Source: Octopus vulgaris | Lineage: Eukaryota | Assembly: GCA_951406725.2 (NCBI GenBank) | Contig: OX597815.1 | Span: 85,250,001 to 85,314,000, forward strand | DNA length: 64,000 bases | Direction: 5' to 3' | In this document: one piece after another, positions 1 through 13,987 of the stretch | Layout: every line of letters begins with the position of its first letter | Position numbering within the stretch: the stretch's first letter is position 1 | Translations under genes and position numbers: made by a program | Notes under the pieces: generated by a model | Databases searched by the model: none | Seen by the model: only the letters and a program-made list of their open reading frames with translations | Told to the model about the DNA's origin: nothing

Positions 1-1010
1 AGTCTAATCATTAGGTTCTTGATTTAACAGGGATTATAGAATTTAGGTATTACATCCAAATAAGAATTTAAGCAACTGTTTACTGAAAAATAGGAAATGA
101 GATTAAGTATCAATTGTTGATGAATATTTTTGAATATTTGATGAATATTATGAACTATCATAATTAGTATATTAGTTACAAAGTATATTAGTTACAAGAG
201 TACATCATCACAGGTGTTATTTCCACCATAAAATATATCTCTCTGAAAACTGGTCACAAATCATGTAGAGACATTGCTGAGTTGTAAGAACTCTTTAGTC
301 TTGTAGGAGGCATGACGCATCCCCTGTGCTGGTGTCACAATAAAATGCACTTAGTACACTGTAAAGTGTTTGGTATTAGGAGACTATCCAGCTGCAGGAA
401 CCATGTTAAAACAAAGACACCTGAATGATATCTAGTTTTCAATATGCCAAGAAGAGCAGTAATTTTTAAAAATCAGATTTGGACTGTGAAATATCCATCA
501 AACGCATACAAGTATGGAAAACTAATGTAAAATGATGATGGTGGTGGTTATATTGTCGTAGCACACACAACTTACTAAATTACAATACCCTTGCAGTTCT
601 CTTACAGTCATCTGATGTATTGGCATTGAAAATGAGCAAATGAAATATTTAAGCACTCCCAAGCCTATCTTTTTTTTTATGCATCTTGAAAAAGACCTAT
701 CCAGCATTTAGGAAGCTAAATTCGAACTGAAAATTCAAAGAGCCAAAACAGATGCTACAAGGCATCTCAGGTAATACTCACCTGAATTCAACATAGGGAG
801 TACTGGAAAGTTTCTTAGTTATTCTAAAATTTAAATGAATTGAGTTTTAAGAAAGCTAGATAACTTCAGGCTTTTGATTAGATTTTTTTTATTCCAGATA
901 CTTAAACTTTGGTTAATATAGGATGAGAAATTTACTAGTTTTTAAAGCATGAATTTATTCATTTACTATTTTATATTGACTTTTACACCTAGATACATTA
1001 ACTTTTGCAG

Positions 1011-1061
1011 GTGTTCAACTCGAGGAAGTTACGATCTGACTCACTCATAGGTTCTTTTAAG
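1011..1061 (+). CDS. MYOF: Ferlin exon, C2B (VFNSRKLRSDSLIGSFK)
   Basis: ttttgcag|...|gtaaaa, 51 nt, phase 0-0, similar to myoferlin C2B. Confidence 0.9.
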
Positions 1062-2744
1062 GTAAAATTTTATTTATTCATTCATAGTTTCACTTTGGTG
1101 TCGATTAACAAAACATCCAATAAAAATCATCTAAAAAAAACATAAATTAAGAAAAAGTATTGACTATGTAATATTTTCATTATAGTAAAAATTGCTCTTC
1201 TAATTTTGTTAATGACAACTAGCATGTAGTCTATTAGTTTGTCACATGTGGTTAAAATATTCAATAATTGACACAGACTATGCTTTTGAATATGTAACAA
1301 TTTTTAATGTTTGTTTTGTAAGTTTTCTGGAACATTGCATTTGTGTTTTCACTAAATATATGAAAAGAGAGGTTTTTTTCACAGCACTGACTATTGATTT
1401 ACTGAAGTTGGCCAGTTGCTGTCGTAATATGCAGGATTAAATTTGCATATTACTAAAAGGTTTTATGGAATATGGGCAGAATAACTTATCACCATGGACA
1501 AGCACTACAAAAAACAACCAACAGCAAAAAAAAAAAAAATGAATATCAGGAAATAAAAGATTAGAATAGTTGACTTTCAACTGAAGAGAATATGTTTCTT
1601 TTTAAGATGGAGCTGACCTTTCCCAGTGATATTATGCAATTAATCAACAGGAAAGGCCACCATATAAATTATGAGACAAGAGATTTTTGATCATTTATAT
1701 CTAAGCAGAATATAGTTAGGACTCTTTGTAATAAACAGTAGGTTTGTACCCTAACACCCTAACAATATAAGCAAACTTCATACTTTGACACAGTTTCAAT
1801 AACTGTATAATATCCTTGCTTTAATTAATGTATTTGTATTAAGAGGTATATTCTCGATGAACAATTATCAGAATCAGTATTGTTTTGTTATATATTTTCA
1901 GCCAAGTTGAATCAAGAACTGTATACAATTAAAAGCACCTTTAGTACTAAGTTGCATTTGGATTCTGTGTGGATATGTGATAACACAAGATGTCCCAGTG
2001 GTTAGGGTGTTGTGCTCATAATCATTTATATTAATAAAAGCAAAATTCTGTCTGTCCGTCTAGGATCCCTATAATTCAGTCTACATTTGCTCTACGTAGA
2101 CATATCATACTATTTTGGAATCAGGATGATACCGAGATTGAAAATTTGCCCTACATTTGGTTCTTGAACGTCCAACATTGGGATCTGATTTAAAAGCATT
2201 TGGGTTGCTATTTCTAGCAGATAATTCTTGGCTGATTCATGCCATTTTGGTGATGTTTATCATATGGCATCAGAGATCAAGGAGGAGATAAATGACTTCA
2301 TTAATTTTACATCAAGATAAGAACTTTGGGACAAATTGGCCAATAGTTGGAATTCAACTTGGGACTGGAACAATAGAATATTTGGATTGCAGAATTAATT
2401 CTCATCCATCCTTAACCTTTGATCAAACATCACTGGGGCATATTATAATGGAGAAAGCTGCTTATTAATTAGGTATGTAACAGTTACTAAAAGAAAGCAA
2501 TTATTAAAGGCTTGACCATCTGGAAATTTTTTTTTAAATCCATGTTCCAAGAAATTTCCTGTAATTTTGATTTCTGAAGTTTATTGAATATTTGAAATAC
2601 AGGTTTTTCACAAATTTAGATATTCATTGCATTCACTGCAAGGTAGATTTTTATGTTTAATAAACAATATTCATTGCTGGCAAAATTTTCCGTTGCATTT
2701 GAACAGTCTATCACTCTTGTTGATCTTACCATTATAGAACAGTG

Positions 2745-2791
<47 letters not shown>

Positions 2792-2792
<1 letters not shown>

Positions 2793-3160
2793 TAGCAGTA
2801 TCGCCCGGCGTTGCTCAGGTTTGTAAGGGAAATAACTATATAAGCATTTTTAGAGAGTTATAGCCAAAAAATAGCAAAAAAATGGAGAAAAAAATTATTG
2901 TAAATTTTTTTTGAGAGTTAAAAAAGGTGGAGTTGCGTCCCCTAGACGGTCTGTGGTTTGGGTTTCTGATTCTCGACCCCATGTCGAATTTATCGATTTT
3001 TTTCAGAACTGGGGGAACTTTTCAAAATTTTCGCTGCGTTAGTTTTGAATTATGACATTGGGCTATGTGTGTGTCAAGTTTCATCAGAATCGGTTGAAAG
3101 CCGTGGTCAGGGTGAGGGTACGAGAAAACAGACACACAGAAAACGCACAGACAAACTGCC

Positions 3161-3170
<10 letters not shown>
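2792..3170 (-). mobile_element. Non-autonomous Helitron-like element in (TA)n
   Basis: Minus-strand 3' end has a GC-rich hairpin (gagcaacgccgggcg) followed by CTAG|T; the 5' end merges into the TA repeat. Confidence 0.6.
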
Positions 3171-3197
<27 letters not shown>

Positions 3198-3278
3198 TTG
3201 TGTACTATAAAACTATAATTGGTAAACAAAATTATTGAAAAATTGTATGCTTATAATATTTTCTTTTTCTTCTCTTAG

Positions 3279-3425
3279 ATGGATATTGGAATGGTCTATG
3301 ATGAACCTACACATGCATTTATTGGAAAATGGCTTCTTCTTAGTGACCCAGATGACACATTGGCTGGTTGTAAAGGTTACCTCAAAATATGTGCAATTGT
3401 TCTTGGGCCTGGTGATGAATCACCT
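3279..3425 (+). CDS. MYOF: Ferlin exon, C2B end/FerI start ([10 protein letters not shown]...KWLLLSDP...[18 protein letters not shown])
   Basis: tctcttag|...|gtaagt, 147 nt, phase 0-0. Confidence 0.95.
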
Positions 3426-4628
3426 GTAAGTTAAAGTTACTTTAATTTACCTCAGCTTGTTGTGTGTTGGCAATATTTTCTCTTATGCATGTTTTGTTAT
3501 TGTTTTTCTTTTTAGCTAATTTTTGTTAATTGCTTTCTATAGGAATTCAGACTCTTGATTCATAAGTTATCTCTTATTTTCATTTGTTAAGTTTAGCTGA
3601 TGTAGATCACATTCTAAAGCTTCTAGAAAAATTAGTTGTCTATATTAGATTGTGTTACCTTTCTTAGCATAGCATAACTAATAGTATGAAATTAGCATAG
3701 CATTCTGCAACATAACTAATAGTATGAAAATACCTATAAGAAATTACATTCATATAAAATCTGACACAAACAAAAATTTATTTATCTAATCTATCAAGGC
3801 AAAAGATCCTGACTGAGATCTTCCGAACTCACCCTCTCCACACAATGTTTGATCACCATGTGTTAAAAAGAATGTAGTCTGTCACTACCATCACGTGATT
3901 GGTTCTCATGGCATCCACTTTGTTAACCTCAAACAATGTGCTCTACAGTATTCAATATCCTCATCAAACTTTTCTCCTATTCATCCAGAGTAATATATCC
4001 TTATGTATGGAAAGGTAATAGTGTGAACTCAAGAAGAGTAACCTTTCCAACCCTGCTAATGGCTGCTTTATCACCTTCCTATCCATAAAGGTGACTTATG
4101 ATCAACCATCTCTTTTAATACATTTTCTTTTTCTCTTCTCAGTGGTTACCAGTACAGTTTCTTTAGAATAAGATGTATCTGAGAATTGCACTCCTACATC
4201 AATGCTTATGCATTCTCATCATTGAAAGCTTTAACAAAACAATGTTGTTACTTTGAGACAAGCAAATGACATTATTGTGGCTGTCTTGAGAAGCTAAAGT
4301 TTCTATCAATCTTGGATTGGAATTATCTCTTGCTAGACAACTGAATTGTACTATATGCTGACAGGATTATTCCTATCTAGATTAAGTCTAGTATATTCCA
4401 AGGTCCACTTATATCCCATACTCTTCCTTCTGCTCATTAATAATTTTATTTTATATTTCTCATACATACTAATAATTAGATGACCCATCCTACCTTCCTC
4501 CTTAACCTGTACATAGGTTTCATCTTCCCATAATCCAAACTCCTCAAACTAGACATGCACTACTTTAATATACTGAGATCTTGTCTGCTGTGCCAAATAC
4601 TATCCAGCAGAATGTTTTATATATATAT

Positions 4629-5381
4629 AACAATTGATGAAGGAAATGAAAGGTAGATTTATCACTTAGTCTTTTTAGTATGATTATCGTTTTGACCCAT
4701 CCTGCAACTGTCTGTTATGGGTAGGATATTGGGCATCTAATTGTGTTGTATCAATCTATGCAGTTTGTGTTGTATCAGGTACATGCATAAAGAAGATGTC
4801 TCACTAGATATGCTGAGTTGTCCTAGGCATGTTGTTCTTGCTTGCTGCATTTTGGTTATGACTAACTAATGGAGCTGGCTACAGTTGTCTCTGAGTATAT
4901 AACATAAAATAAAAATCATACAATTATAAAGTATAGAGAGTAGAACCTGTCAAAGAGAGAGTACATTTAGATTAATGGAGAGGAGTGTGCACTCTGTCAT
5001 GAACACACACTCACTCATGACCAGCAGTGCACACCTTTCCTCATTAACTTAAATGTAAACCCTCTTTGATAGCTTGTACTCTCGATATCTTATGATTGTA
5101 TGATTTTAATTTTATGTTGTATACCCACAGACAGCTGTAGCTGGTCATAACCAAAATACAGTAGGCAAGAACACCATACCTAGGACATCTCAGTATATCC
5201 TGCAGGACATCCCCTTCTTTATGCATGTACCTGATGTGACACAAATTGCACAGACTGATGCAACACTATTAGATGCATGAAATCCTACCCGCAACGGATA
5301 GTTGTAGGATGGGTCAAAACGATTGTTGTACTGAATAAAGACTAGTGCTAAATCTATCTTCTGTTTCCTTCATTAATTATT
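4629..5381. repeat. About 750-bp diverged palindrome (foldback element)
   Basis: Arms align in reverse complement along their length, e.g. atcaggtacatgcataaagaag / cttctttatgcatgtacctgat; centre near 5008. Confidence 0.85.
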
Positions 5382-6006
5382 ATCTCAATTATCACTGGAA
5401 TTCCTGATGTAGATCCAGCAGATATATACCCCCACCGTGGATGATACCAGGTAGCCCAAACTGTGAACATGCTTTACTCAACACACTAATTGTCCAAATG
5501 AATTACACACACACATGTATATATGTATGTGTGTTTATTTCAAGTTGTATATAAGAACGATTTAGCATTAAACTACAGAAGTACTTATGCTTTTTAGTAG
5601 AGCACATGCTTGCTAAACTTTTACAAGAAGTGAAGTGATAATGACTTTGAAGTTTCAACCTGTTAGCCTTTGTTGAATAAAAGCAAAAAGGCCAAAACTT
5701 TGAAGTTACTGCCACCCCTTTTGTATAAGTTTTTCTCCTGTTCAAAATGTGGGCTATCATCAAAGAAAAATGTTTACGTATTTCCAGCAGTTATGGACTT
5801 AATATTTGTAGATTGTTCATAATTTTGAATTTAATAAATTAGGCTACCGAAACTGGTGTTCTATCTTGAACAGGTCATTTGTTTATTTTCTGTTTGATAA
5901 AAGCATATAATTTGCTTTACATGTGTCAAGATTTTGTTTTGTGGTCATGCTTTTATTTTTTATTTGAATTAAAATCTTTCTATGTGGTTTTCTTTTGCAC
6001 TCTTAG

Positions 6007-6021
6007 ATGAAAACTTTAGAG
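6007..6021 (+). CDS. MYOF: 15-nt microexon (MKTLE), probably alternative
   Basis: tttcttttgcactcttag|ATGAAAACTTTAGAG|gtaagt; consensus donor, phase 0-0, no stop. Confidence 0.7.
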
Positions 6022-7036
6022 GTAAGTCAATAAAAGTGGTTTTCAGTACACCCTTAAATTCATTAAATCATATGCTTTTTTTGCTAATTGCTATTTAGCA
6101 TATCAGCTAAGTTGATTTTGCTTAATTTCATTTATCCTTGCTACATAGCTGCTCTCATAGTCATTATCTTCATTGTCACCATTGTGCTGGCATGGTTTGA
6201 CAGATAGGCAATGTAGCATCCTGATCTTGTGTCATTTCACTCATGAAACCTGACAAATTTTTATGTCAGAACTTGCTCCTTACAAAGTCTTCTTTAGTCT
6301 AATTCTACAGAATTTGCCTAAGGAACAACTTCAGGGTAATTTTTCCTCAGCATGTATGATTCATTTCTGTTTATATATGAATGTGCATAGTTCTTTTTTT
6401 TTTTTCCTTTTTTTTTCCATACATCAGCCAATGTTTTTGATGGCTATTTGCATTCAACCATTATCAAGTGGATTCTTCATCAGTTTTGATATATTCGTTC
6501 ACTTAGTCATAACTTAGGTTAATGCCCCAAAAAGCATTGCATTGCTTACACATTTCATGTTGTTTACTTTTCATACAGAGAGAAAATATTACTAGCAGAG
6601 GGGCAATTATCTCACCATTTCCTGTTCTATCAAACCCTGTCCAATACGCTATCTCTATATTCCATTCCATTAATAATTGACACAGAGCTTATAAAACTTA
6701 GGAATTTCTTCTATTAAGGTAAATAACTGAATGCTTAGTTTCTGTTTACATATTCTATCAACTACTCAAATATGATATAGTGCAGCTCTTTCTCCCTCCA
6801 GCTTTCACATCCTCAATGTTCTGTTGGATCAAGGAGTGTGAAGACCAAGAGGGTGCCTGTATCTGCTCATGAAACAATTAATGCAGATATATGTTACCAG
6901 GTCATACTCACATATGAGTGACTGTTATGGTTTTAGTCAAGGACACTTCTGATTTCTGAGCAATCTACCTGAGATCCCACTTCATTTTTTTTTTTCTTTA
7001 TGTGTATTCATTATTTGCGATGATTACTCTATAGAC

Positions 7037-7201
7037 CAATGATTCCTGGCCTGTGGTCCGCAGACCCCTGGTGGTTCACAAAAGTAGTGCTAGGGATCCG
7101 TCAGCATGTTAAGCTGACAGACCTTTCAATATCCTGGGGTCTGGGGGAAATCTCATTTAAATAAAAGGTGTCCTTGGTAGTGAAAAGGTTGGGAACCACT
7201 A
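7037..7201. mobile_element. hAT/Charlie-type MITE
   Basis: Degenerate TIRs (caatgattcctggcct / aggttgggaaccacta); 8-bp TSD ctatagac / ctgtagac. Confidence 0.65.
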
Positions 7202-7898
7202 CTGTAGACTCTCTGTATACTCACTTTTTATGTATGAAGCAAGATTTACTATTTCTGTGCTAGTGCCTTTTTTTCTTTTTTCTTTTTTTTTGTTCCTGAC
7301 ACGAGCAACTTTTTAGCATCTTTAATACCTTTGAAGTTCTCATTCCATCCTTTTGATTTGAGAGTTTTTCTAAAATTTAAAAAAATTTTTTTTTTCATCT
7401 TAAGACTCTCTACAGAAAAATATTACTGACCATCCATTCTTGAATTCCTCGGACATTACTATAAGATAGTTGAGAATAGCCTTCCTTGATAGATACCCAC
7501 TGAGGATAGCCTTCCTTGATATATACCCACTACAATACTAAAATTCTTTATCTATCTCAGTGTTGATATTGATAAATTTCTCAAATTTTCATGCTTGTCT
7601 TGATCCAAGATCATAAGTCATTCATTCTCCTAACTGTCTCATCATCCAAACATTTTGCTTCAAAATTTTATTTGCTACTGCTTGACTCCTCAATCAAGTT
7701 AAAGATTTTTGGTAGACAAAAAAACTATTCCCTAGCTAATCACTAAAACTAATTAACACTATTCAGTTATTAGTGGTTGTAATATAAGGGTAACAAACTA
7801 TTGATGTAATATAACTACAAGAGCAAGTACAATGCAATACAGCACAATTACAATACAAGTTAATACATTTACTTCAGAATCAAGTGATTTACGAAACT

Positions 7899-8260
7899 AC
7901 AGGGTGGCCATAAAGTCATGCACCATCCTGCAATATGTGAAATTGCTAACATTCTCTTTTTTTATCTGTTTTCACAACTGCCACTATTACTCACAAACCA
8001 ATCCTCATTGAATGGAGGCAGATAATCAACAAAACGAGGGCAAGGTAATGGTGTAGTGTAGTGTGGGATTTAGCACAATCAAGTAATTGGACCGTTTTAT
8101 TTTGAGGGCTCTGTGACAGGTGATTCGTATCTGGACATGCTTAGCAACAAGATGCCTCACGTGCATTCACTTGGAAGGGGAAATTCTGTCTGGTTTCAGC
8201 AGGATGGGGCTCCACCCTATTATGCATTACAGGTTCGTGATTTTCTGAATGAACATCTAC
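7899..8260 (+). mobile_element. Tc1/mariner-superfamily transposase relic
   Basis: TA-CAGGGTG TIR-like start; ORF 8113..8328 contains SYLDML and WFQQDGAPP..A..VRDFLNE, the second catalytic Asp motif. Confidence 0.75.
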
Positions 8261-9574
8261 AGCTTTTAATCATTCAGATGTGGTTATGCAGGTATCTTGG
8301 AAACAAATCTTCTTTCTTTGCTCATTAACCACAATTCTTTAACTTCTTTAAAATTCTAATTTTTGTTTTTATTCTTAATATATATATTTAATTAAACTTA
8401 GCTTCTCAATTTCTTTTTCTTTTCTTTTTTTTCAATTTGGATATTTTACTGATATGAACAGAATTTTATAAAACTAGTCTTTTATCTGCTATTTATAATT
8501 ATCTTAATCTCAAGCTGATGGTTGTATTGTTTAAAAGTTTGACATTAAGAAACTGAAAGATTCATTTTGTTAATGAAATGTTTGGGTTTATATTGAAATG
8601 CTTTTCAAAATCAATGGCATAATCATTTCTAGATTATTTTTCTGTCTTAATTCTAAACAATACAATCAACTTTTTACTGAGATCATTCTTAATAGTTCTT
8701 GAAATCACTTATGGTTAAGTATTGTTATAAATACTCTAAACTAAGCTGAATGTATCCTTTGAATTCAGACAGCTTTCATAAAATTTAATTACTCCTCAGT
8801 ATTATTATAGCCTTGGAATCATATCAATACATTAAGACTGATAGTAAAAGTTAATATCTCTTCCTAACATTTCACTATTTTCTGTAGTTTGTTGACTTGA
8901 CTCTTCATGCTAGTCATATAAATTCTTTGAATTTTTACTGCATAATATGCATGAGGTGATATTTGCTATTTAAAGACAACAATGGAAATATTTTTTTGTA
9001 TTATTGTTTGTAAATCCTAATTATTTCTTTTAGTCATGTGGTAATATTTAACTGCTAAATGTTAATATATAAAGAAGAAAAAATATTTTTGATAATGTAT
9101 AATTTTATTCACGTTTGTAATCAAGTCTTTCAATCTTGTATATTGAAATAAATTTGTTGTCCAAGCCTCATTTGTATGTTTTCTGAAATTAGTTCATCCA
9201 TTTACATTTAGACTAACAGAAAGTAGAGTTTTAATCTTTCACTGTTATAAATATGCTTAGATATTAAGAACTAGTATGTGCACATACACAGACAGACAAA
9301 CACTCCCTTATCTATATCTACAACAAACTGATATGCTTCCTACAAGAAAGGTAACTTGGAAATCTTTTGCTTCTCTAAGATAACTTTCTTCAGTAACTTG
9401 GAAATACCTATATTAATTGCTTACTAAAGGGTGTTGGTTAAAGGTTCATTTTATGCTTGGCTTTTCATTTTTTTTTCTATTTATCATATGTATGTATGTA
9501 TGGATGTGTGTGTGTGTGTTTGTGTTGTAAAATGTGGAGGTGCATGGGTATTGTATTCATGATTATAAAATTGT

Positions 9575-9770
9575 AGTTTTGATTCCTGAACTGGGCAATG
9601 TGTTGTGTTCTTGAGTAAAACACTTCATTTTGCATTGCTCCAGTCCACTTATCTGGCAAAAATGAGTAATCCTTCAATGGACTGGCATCCCATCGAGGAG
9701 GAAAGATAATATATATGCCACAGAATCGAGGAAACCAGCATTATGAGCCTATAGCTTGGGAAAGACCTCA
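9575..9770 (+). mobile_element. Second SINE family; also at about 45090-45225
   Basis: gttgtgt(c/t)cttgag.aa.acac...cattgctcca motif shared by both copies. Confidence 0.5.
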
Positions 9771-9952
9771 ATTTTTTGTTATATATTTCAAAATAAGGAT
9801 AAGAATATTTAACATATCTATGCAATGCAATGCAACTGTGATGTCAGTTCCTGATTATAAGTCATTTTTATGAACCTATGGTTGTGATCACTTCAATGTT
9901 GAATTTATATAACAACGATGCATTTCTTTAAGATCCAAATCTTTCTTTGTAG

Positions 9953-9996
9953 TCTATTAAAGCATCATCTCAGAATGAGGCTGAAGACATTGAAGC
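9953..9996 (+). CDS. MYOF: Ferlin exon, FerI (SIKASSQNEAEDIEA)
   Basis: tttctttgtag|...|gtaagt, 44 nt, phase 0-2; gives EDIEANLL, cf. myoferlin DDVESNLL. Confidence 0.88.
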
Positions 9997-10319
9997 GTAA
10001 GTATTATAAACATAACTTTGTAATGGTTGAATACTTTTGTCTTGATTCCAATTTAAATTAGTTGTCTGTCTGACTATTTTGATTCCTGAGCCCAACTTTG
10101 CCTATAATGTAAACAAAGACCTTCTTCTACTACATATATTTGGCTTAGAACTATGGTGGTGATAGGTTTACCCTATGTGGAAAATTATTATGTATTTCTT
10201 GCATCTAAAATGCCTTGTTTATAATGATTTCCTTTTTTTTTCCATAACTTTTAGTTTCTACAAAATTTATTTACATCTTCATATTTCTAACACTGGTTCC
10301 ATTTACTGGGTCTCACTAT

Positions 10320-10540
10320 CACTGAGGATCTTTTTTAATGAAAACACATCCCAACTACTAGCTCCTCTCTTCAGGACCAGAAGATACTTCAGTCCCCAAC
10401 AATTATCAATTCTCTACAAAGCTGGTGTGGGGTCCATAATGGATTGTTGTGCTCGCTTCTAGGACAATCCAGAAAAGAACTAATCTGATTTATTGGCACA
10501 AAGTCTTTTACAGGCATACTCCAGTCTCTAGCCCTGTAAG
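10320..10540 (+). mobile_element. LINE (CR1/Jockey-like) RT C-terminal relic
   Basis: LFRTRRYFSPQQLSILYKA..SIMDCC resembles the LYKAxVRPxMEYC motif. Confidence 0.55.
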
Positions 10541-13387
10541 CTGGCTGGGATCATGCCACCTCCACTCAGCCTTTTCCAACTCACTTATCTCTCCCACTCC
10601 CTTAGCCCTTTCCTCCTAACAATCTCAGAGGTTATGCTGCTGGAGATGACATTTTGTTTGGTGATGGTTGCCTTTTGGGTTATAGGTCTTTTAAGGCTTA
10701 TGTTCTTGAGTAGAGACAAAGAAAAAATAGATTTCATGCATTTTCCTTAAAATATGAAATGGTAAAGTATATATATATATATATATATAGTTTCAAAATA
10801 CATCTCATGGATGTTCTGGAATGCATTGTCAGTGATGTTTCTGGATTCCCAGGGTGTTTCAGCATCAGACTCTCTCACCCATTTGACTCAGCCAAGATTG
10901 ATCATGTATCAGCTTCATCCCAGTAGCAGCAAACCACTTGTCTGCCCTCTTTATCCAAAGCCACCCAGTCTCCTTCTCTGCAGTTTCTTTGCTGCTCCAG
11001 TAACTCCAAGCCCAGTCAGAGCTTTGCAGAATGAATACCCCACAAAACCTCGAAAGCCCACTTCCTTGCAAAGTGTTTGCCAGCCCTGATTTTTAGCAAA
11101 CTTCTCATGTGATCACCTGTTTGGTGGAACATAAGAAGAATACTGCCTGTGGGCAGAGTGTTGTTGGTACAGTGTTCCGTATATAAGTGAAATAAAAGAG
11201 ATGTAAACCATATAAAAAATGTATGTACATATAAAGTGAACTGATATTCAAATAAATTTTATTTGTTTGTTTACTTCAGTTTGTCTTTAGCTCTATATAC
11301 AACAGAGCATGTTAATTGTAAATATGAAGCTTGGAACAATTCCACATTGAAGATGTTATAATTAAATGAAAAAAACATTCTTGTATTATGCATGATATAA
11401 AGAAAGAAAGACTTGAAAACATTTTCAGCTCCAAGTGTTCTGCATATAAGTAGTGAGGTTTATTTATAAAATTATTCTAGCAGAATGAAAGCTATTGCAC
11501 TTCAACCCTTTAGCATTTAAATAGGCCCAAGTATTCTACCTGTTTTATGTTCAAACCGGCTGGATGTGGCCTCTCACACCTACTCTACAACATTATTCTA
11601 CAAATAAACAATCACATCATTGAAACCTTGATTCAAAACAAGAGGAATAAATAAGCATAACATTTGACAGTAATTCAAATGCTAAAAGATTAATACCCAT
11701 TAATGCTGGATATAGATATGACGAAAATAAATTAAGTTGTTGAAAATCAAAATTCAAGAACTTTTCAAATTTTAAAGGAAGAAATAAAATACTTCATTTT
11801 TAACGTATTGACAGTTTTTTTTTTAGTTTTTTACTTTGGGTAAATCAGATTTATATTAATATAACAAAAGCTAAAATCTAATATAAATTCAAGTTATTAC
11901 TTTTATTCAATTGAATTGTTTATAATTTCTTGTTTGAATCCCCAGTTTTAGAATAATCCTTGATTTCGTTAGTTATTGATGAGTAGAAAATGAGGCTTTC
12001 TTTCTCATTCAAGCTGTTGTCCTATAAAATGTGATATTTAAGTGTGAGTCGATCATTGCTTTGAAATTTAAAACATTTTTATTGAAAAGTCATGTCTATC
12101 ATTGATCCAGATTAAATGTCAAAATTACAAGAAAACTTGTCCTTTTTCAATTAAAATAGAGATTGGTAGAATCTTTAGTGTGTCAGACAAAATGTCTGTA
12201 GTGTTTAGTTATGATTCTTTATGTTCTGAGTTCAAATACCACTAAGGTCATCTTTACTTTTCACTTGTCCAGGATCAATTAAATAAAGTACCAGTTAGGT
12301 ACTCTAATTTATTTCATATTCCTATAAAGCATCCTAGCTGAGAGTGGGATTATAATAGACTAGCTGGAGTGGTATTTTACAAAAGTAAAATACAGTTTAA
12401 TCTTAATATTTAGATAAATAAAGGTGGCAAGCTGGAAAAATCATTAACACACCAAACAAAATGCTTAGTGACATTCCATCCATCTTTACATTCTCAGTTC
12501 AAATTCCACCAAAGACCACTTTGCTTTTCATCTTTTCAAGGGGTTGATAAAATAAGTAACAGTCAAGCACTAGGGTTGATGTAATCAACTTACCCACTGC
12601 CTTGAACTTTCTGGCCTTGTGCCACAATTTATTTTGGTAAATAACAAAAAAAAGCCTCCATTTTAAAACATTTCTTAGCTGGGTTGTTTAAGATATGTAT
12701 ATATCTGAGGTGCTTCATTTCAGATAATCCTATTCTAGTAATTTGCATTTTTTTTTTTTTTTTTTTTTTGTAAATATAATTAACCAAAGATCTGGAACTA
12801 CCAAACAAACATTTCATTTAATTTTTTTAATCACTTAGGAAGGAAGGACAGTTACCTTAACACATTTCAGAACCACAGAGATGAATGGTTGAGAAAGAGG
12901 AAGATATTAAATATTTTCAAACTAGAAACCTGGCTTAAATATTTGCAACAAACTCTGTTAAAGGAACTCAAATATCAGGTGGTAGTTTTAAACTGGGCAG
13001 TGAATTTAGTTTAGGCTACAGGAGAATTTAAATTCAGAATGCAAAGAATCAGTGTAAGGTATTCTTAATGGCATTCTAATGATTCCATCAGTCCATCACT
13101 CTATTGATCAGAGAAAAATAAACAGCAACATTGATCTCAGCAGGATTTGAACTCAAATATAAGGAGCTTGAATAAAATACTGCAAGCTATTTTATCTGAC
13201 ATTCTAACAATACTGTTAATTCACGGGTGGAATCCTTGAAATTTTTATTCATTTTTTAAAAAAATATTTTGAAACATTAATTTAAAATGAAATGCAATAG
13301 GTTATTTAACAAACCACAATACTATACTGAAAATTCAGTTACTTTTATATATTTGGTTTTGAGTTTCTGGATATTATGTTTTTGTAG

Positions 13388-13470
13388 AAACCTTCTTCGA
13401 CCAGCTGGAGTCAGCTTACGACCTGCTACTTTTACAGTAAGATTATACAGAGCAGAAGATATTCCCAAAA
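13388..13470 (+). CDS. MYOF: Ferlin exon, FerI/C2C start (NLLRPAGVSLRPATFTVRLYRAEDIPK)
   Basis: tttgtag|...|gtaagc, 83 nt, phase 2-1. Confidence 0.95.
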
Positions 13471-13720
13471 GTAAGCAGTTTAATGGAAATATTTTTAAAC
13501 TTTAAAATCTTGTGTACATTTTATTTTTTTTTTTTATCCCTTATTTCTCTTTACTCAATAACAAACCAGATTGGTTGCAGATTTTCCAAAGGTAGTTCTG
13601 TGTGTGTGTGTTCTAAAACTATACTTTGTTGAGTTTATGATTAACAATAATTTATTGATTATAACAATTTTTGTAAATGTTTAAACTGAATAAAATATAT
13701 ATATACATATATGTATGCAT

Positions 13721-13762
<42 letters not shown>

Positions 13763-13931
13763 GAGAGAGGGAGTGAAAATCTGGGGGAAATATAGCATTA
13801 GGAAGGGCATCCAGCTATAGAAACTGTCAAAACAAACATTGGAGTTCAAAACTCCAGTGTTTGTTTTGACATAGTTTCTATGGCTGGATGCCCTTCCTAA
13901 TGCTAACTATGTCTCTCCCCCAGCTTTTCAC

Positions 13932-13940
<9 letters not shown>
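13763..13940. repeat. Inverted duplication of an RTE-family 3' fragment (hairpin) between microsatellites
   Basis: gcattaggaagggcatccagc...caaacattggag-ttcaaaa-ctccagtgtttg...gctggatgcccttcctaatgc. Confidence 0.8.
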
Positions 13941-13987
<47 letters not shown>

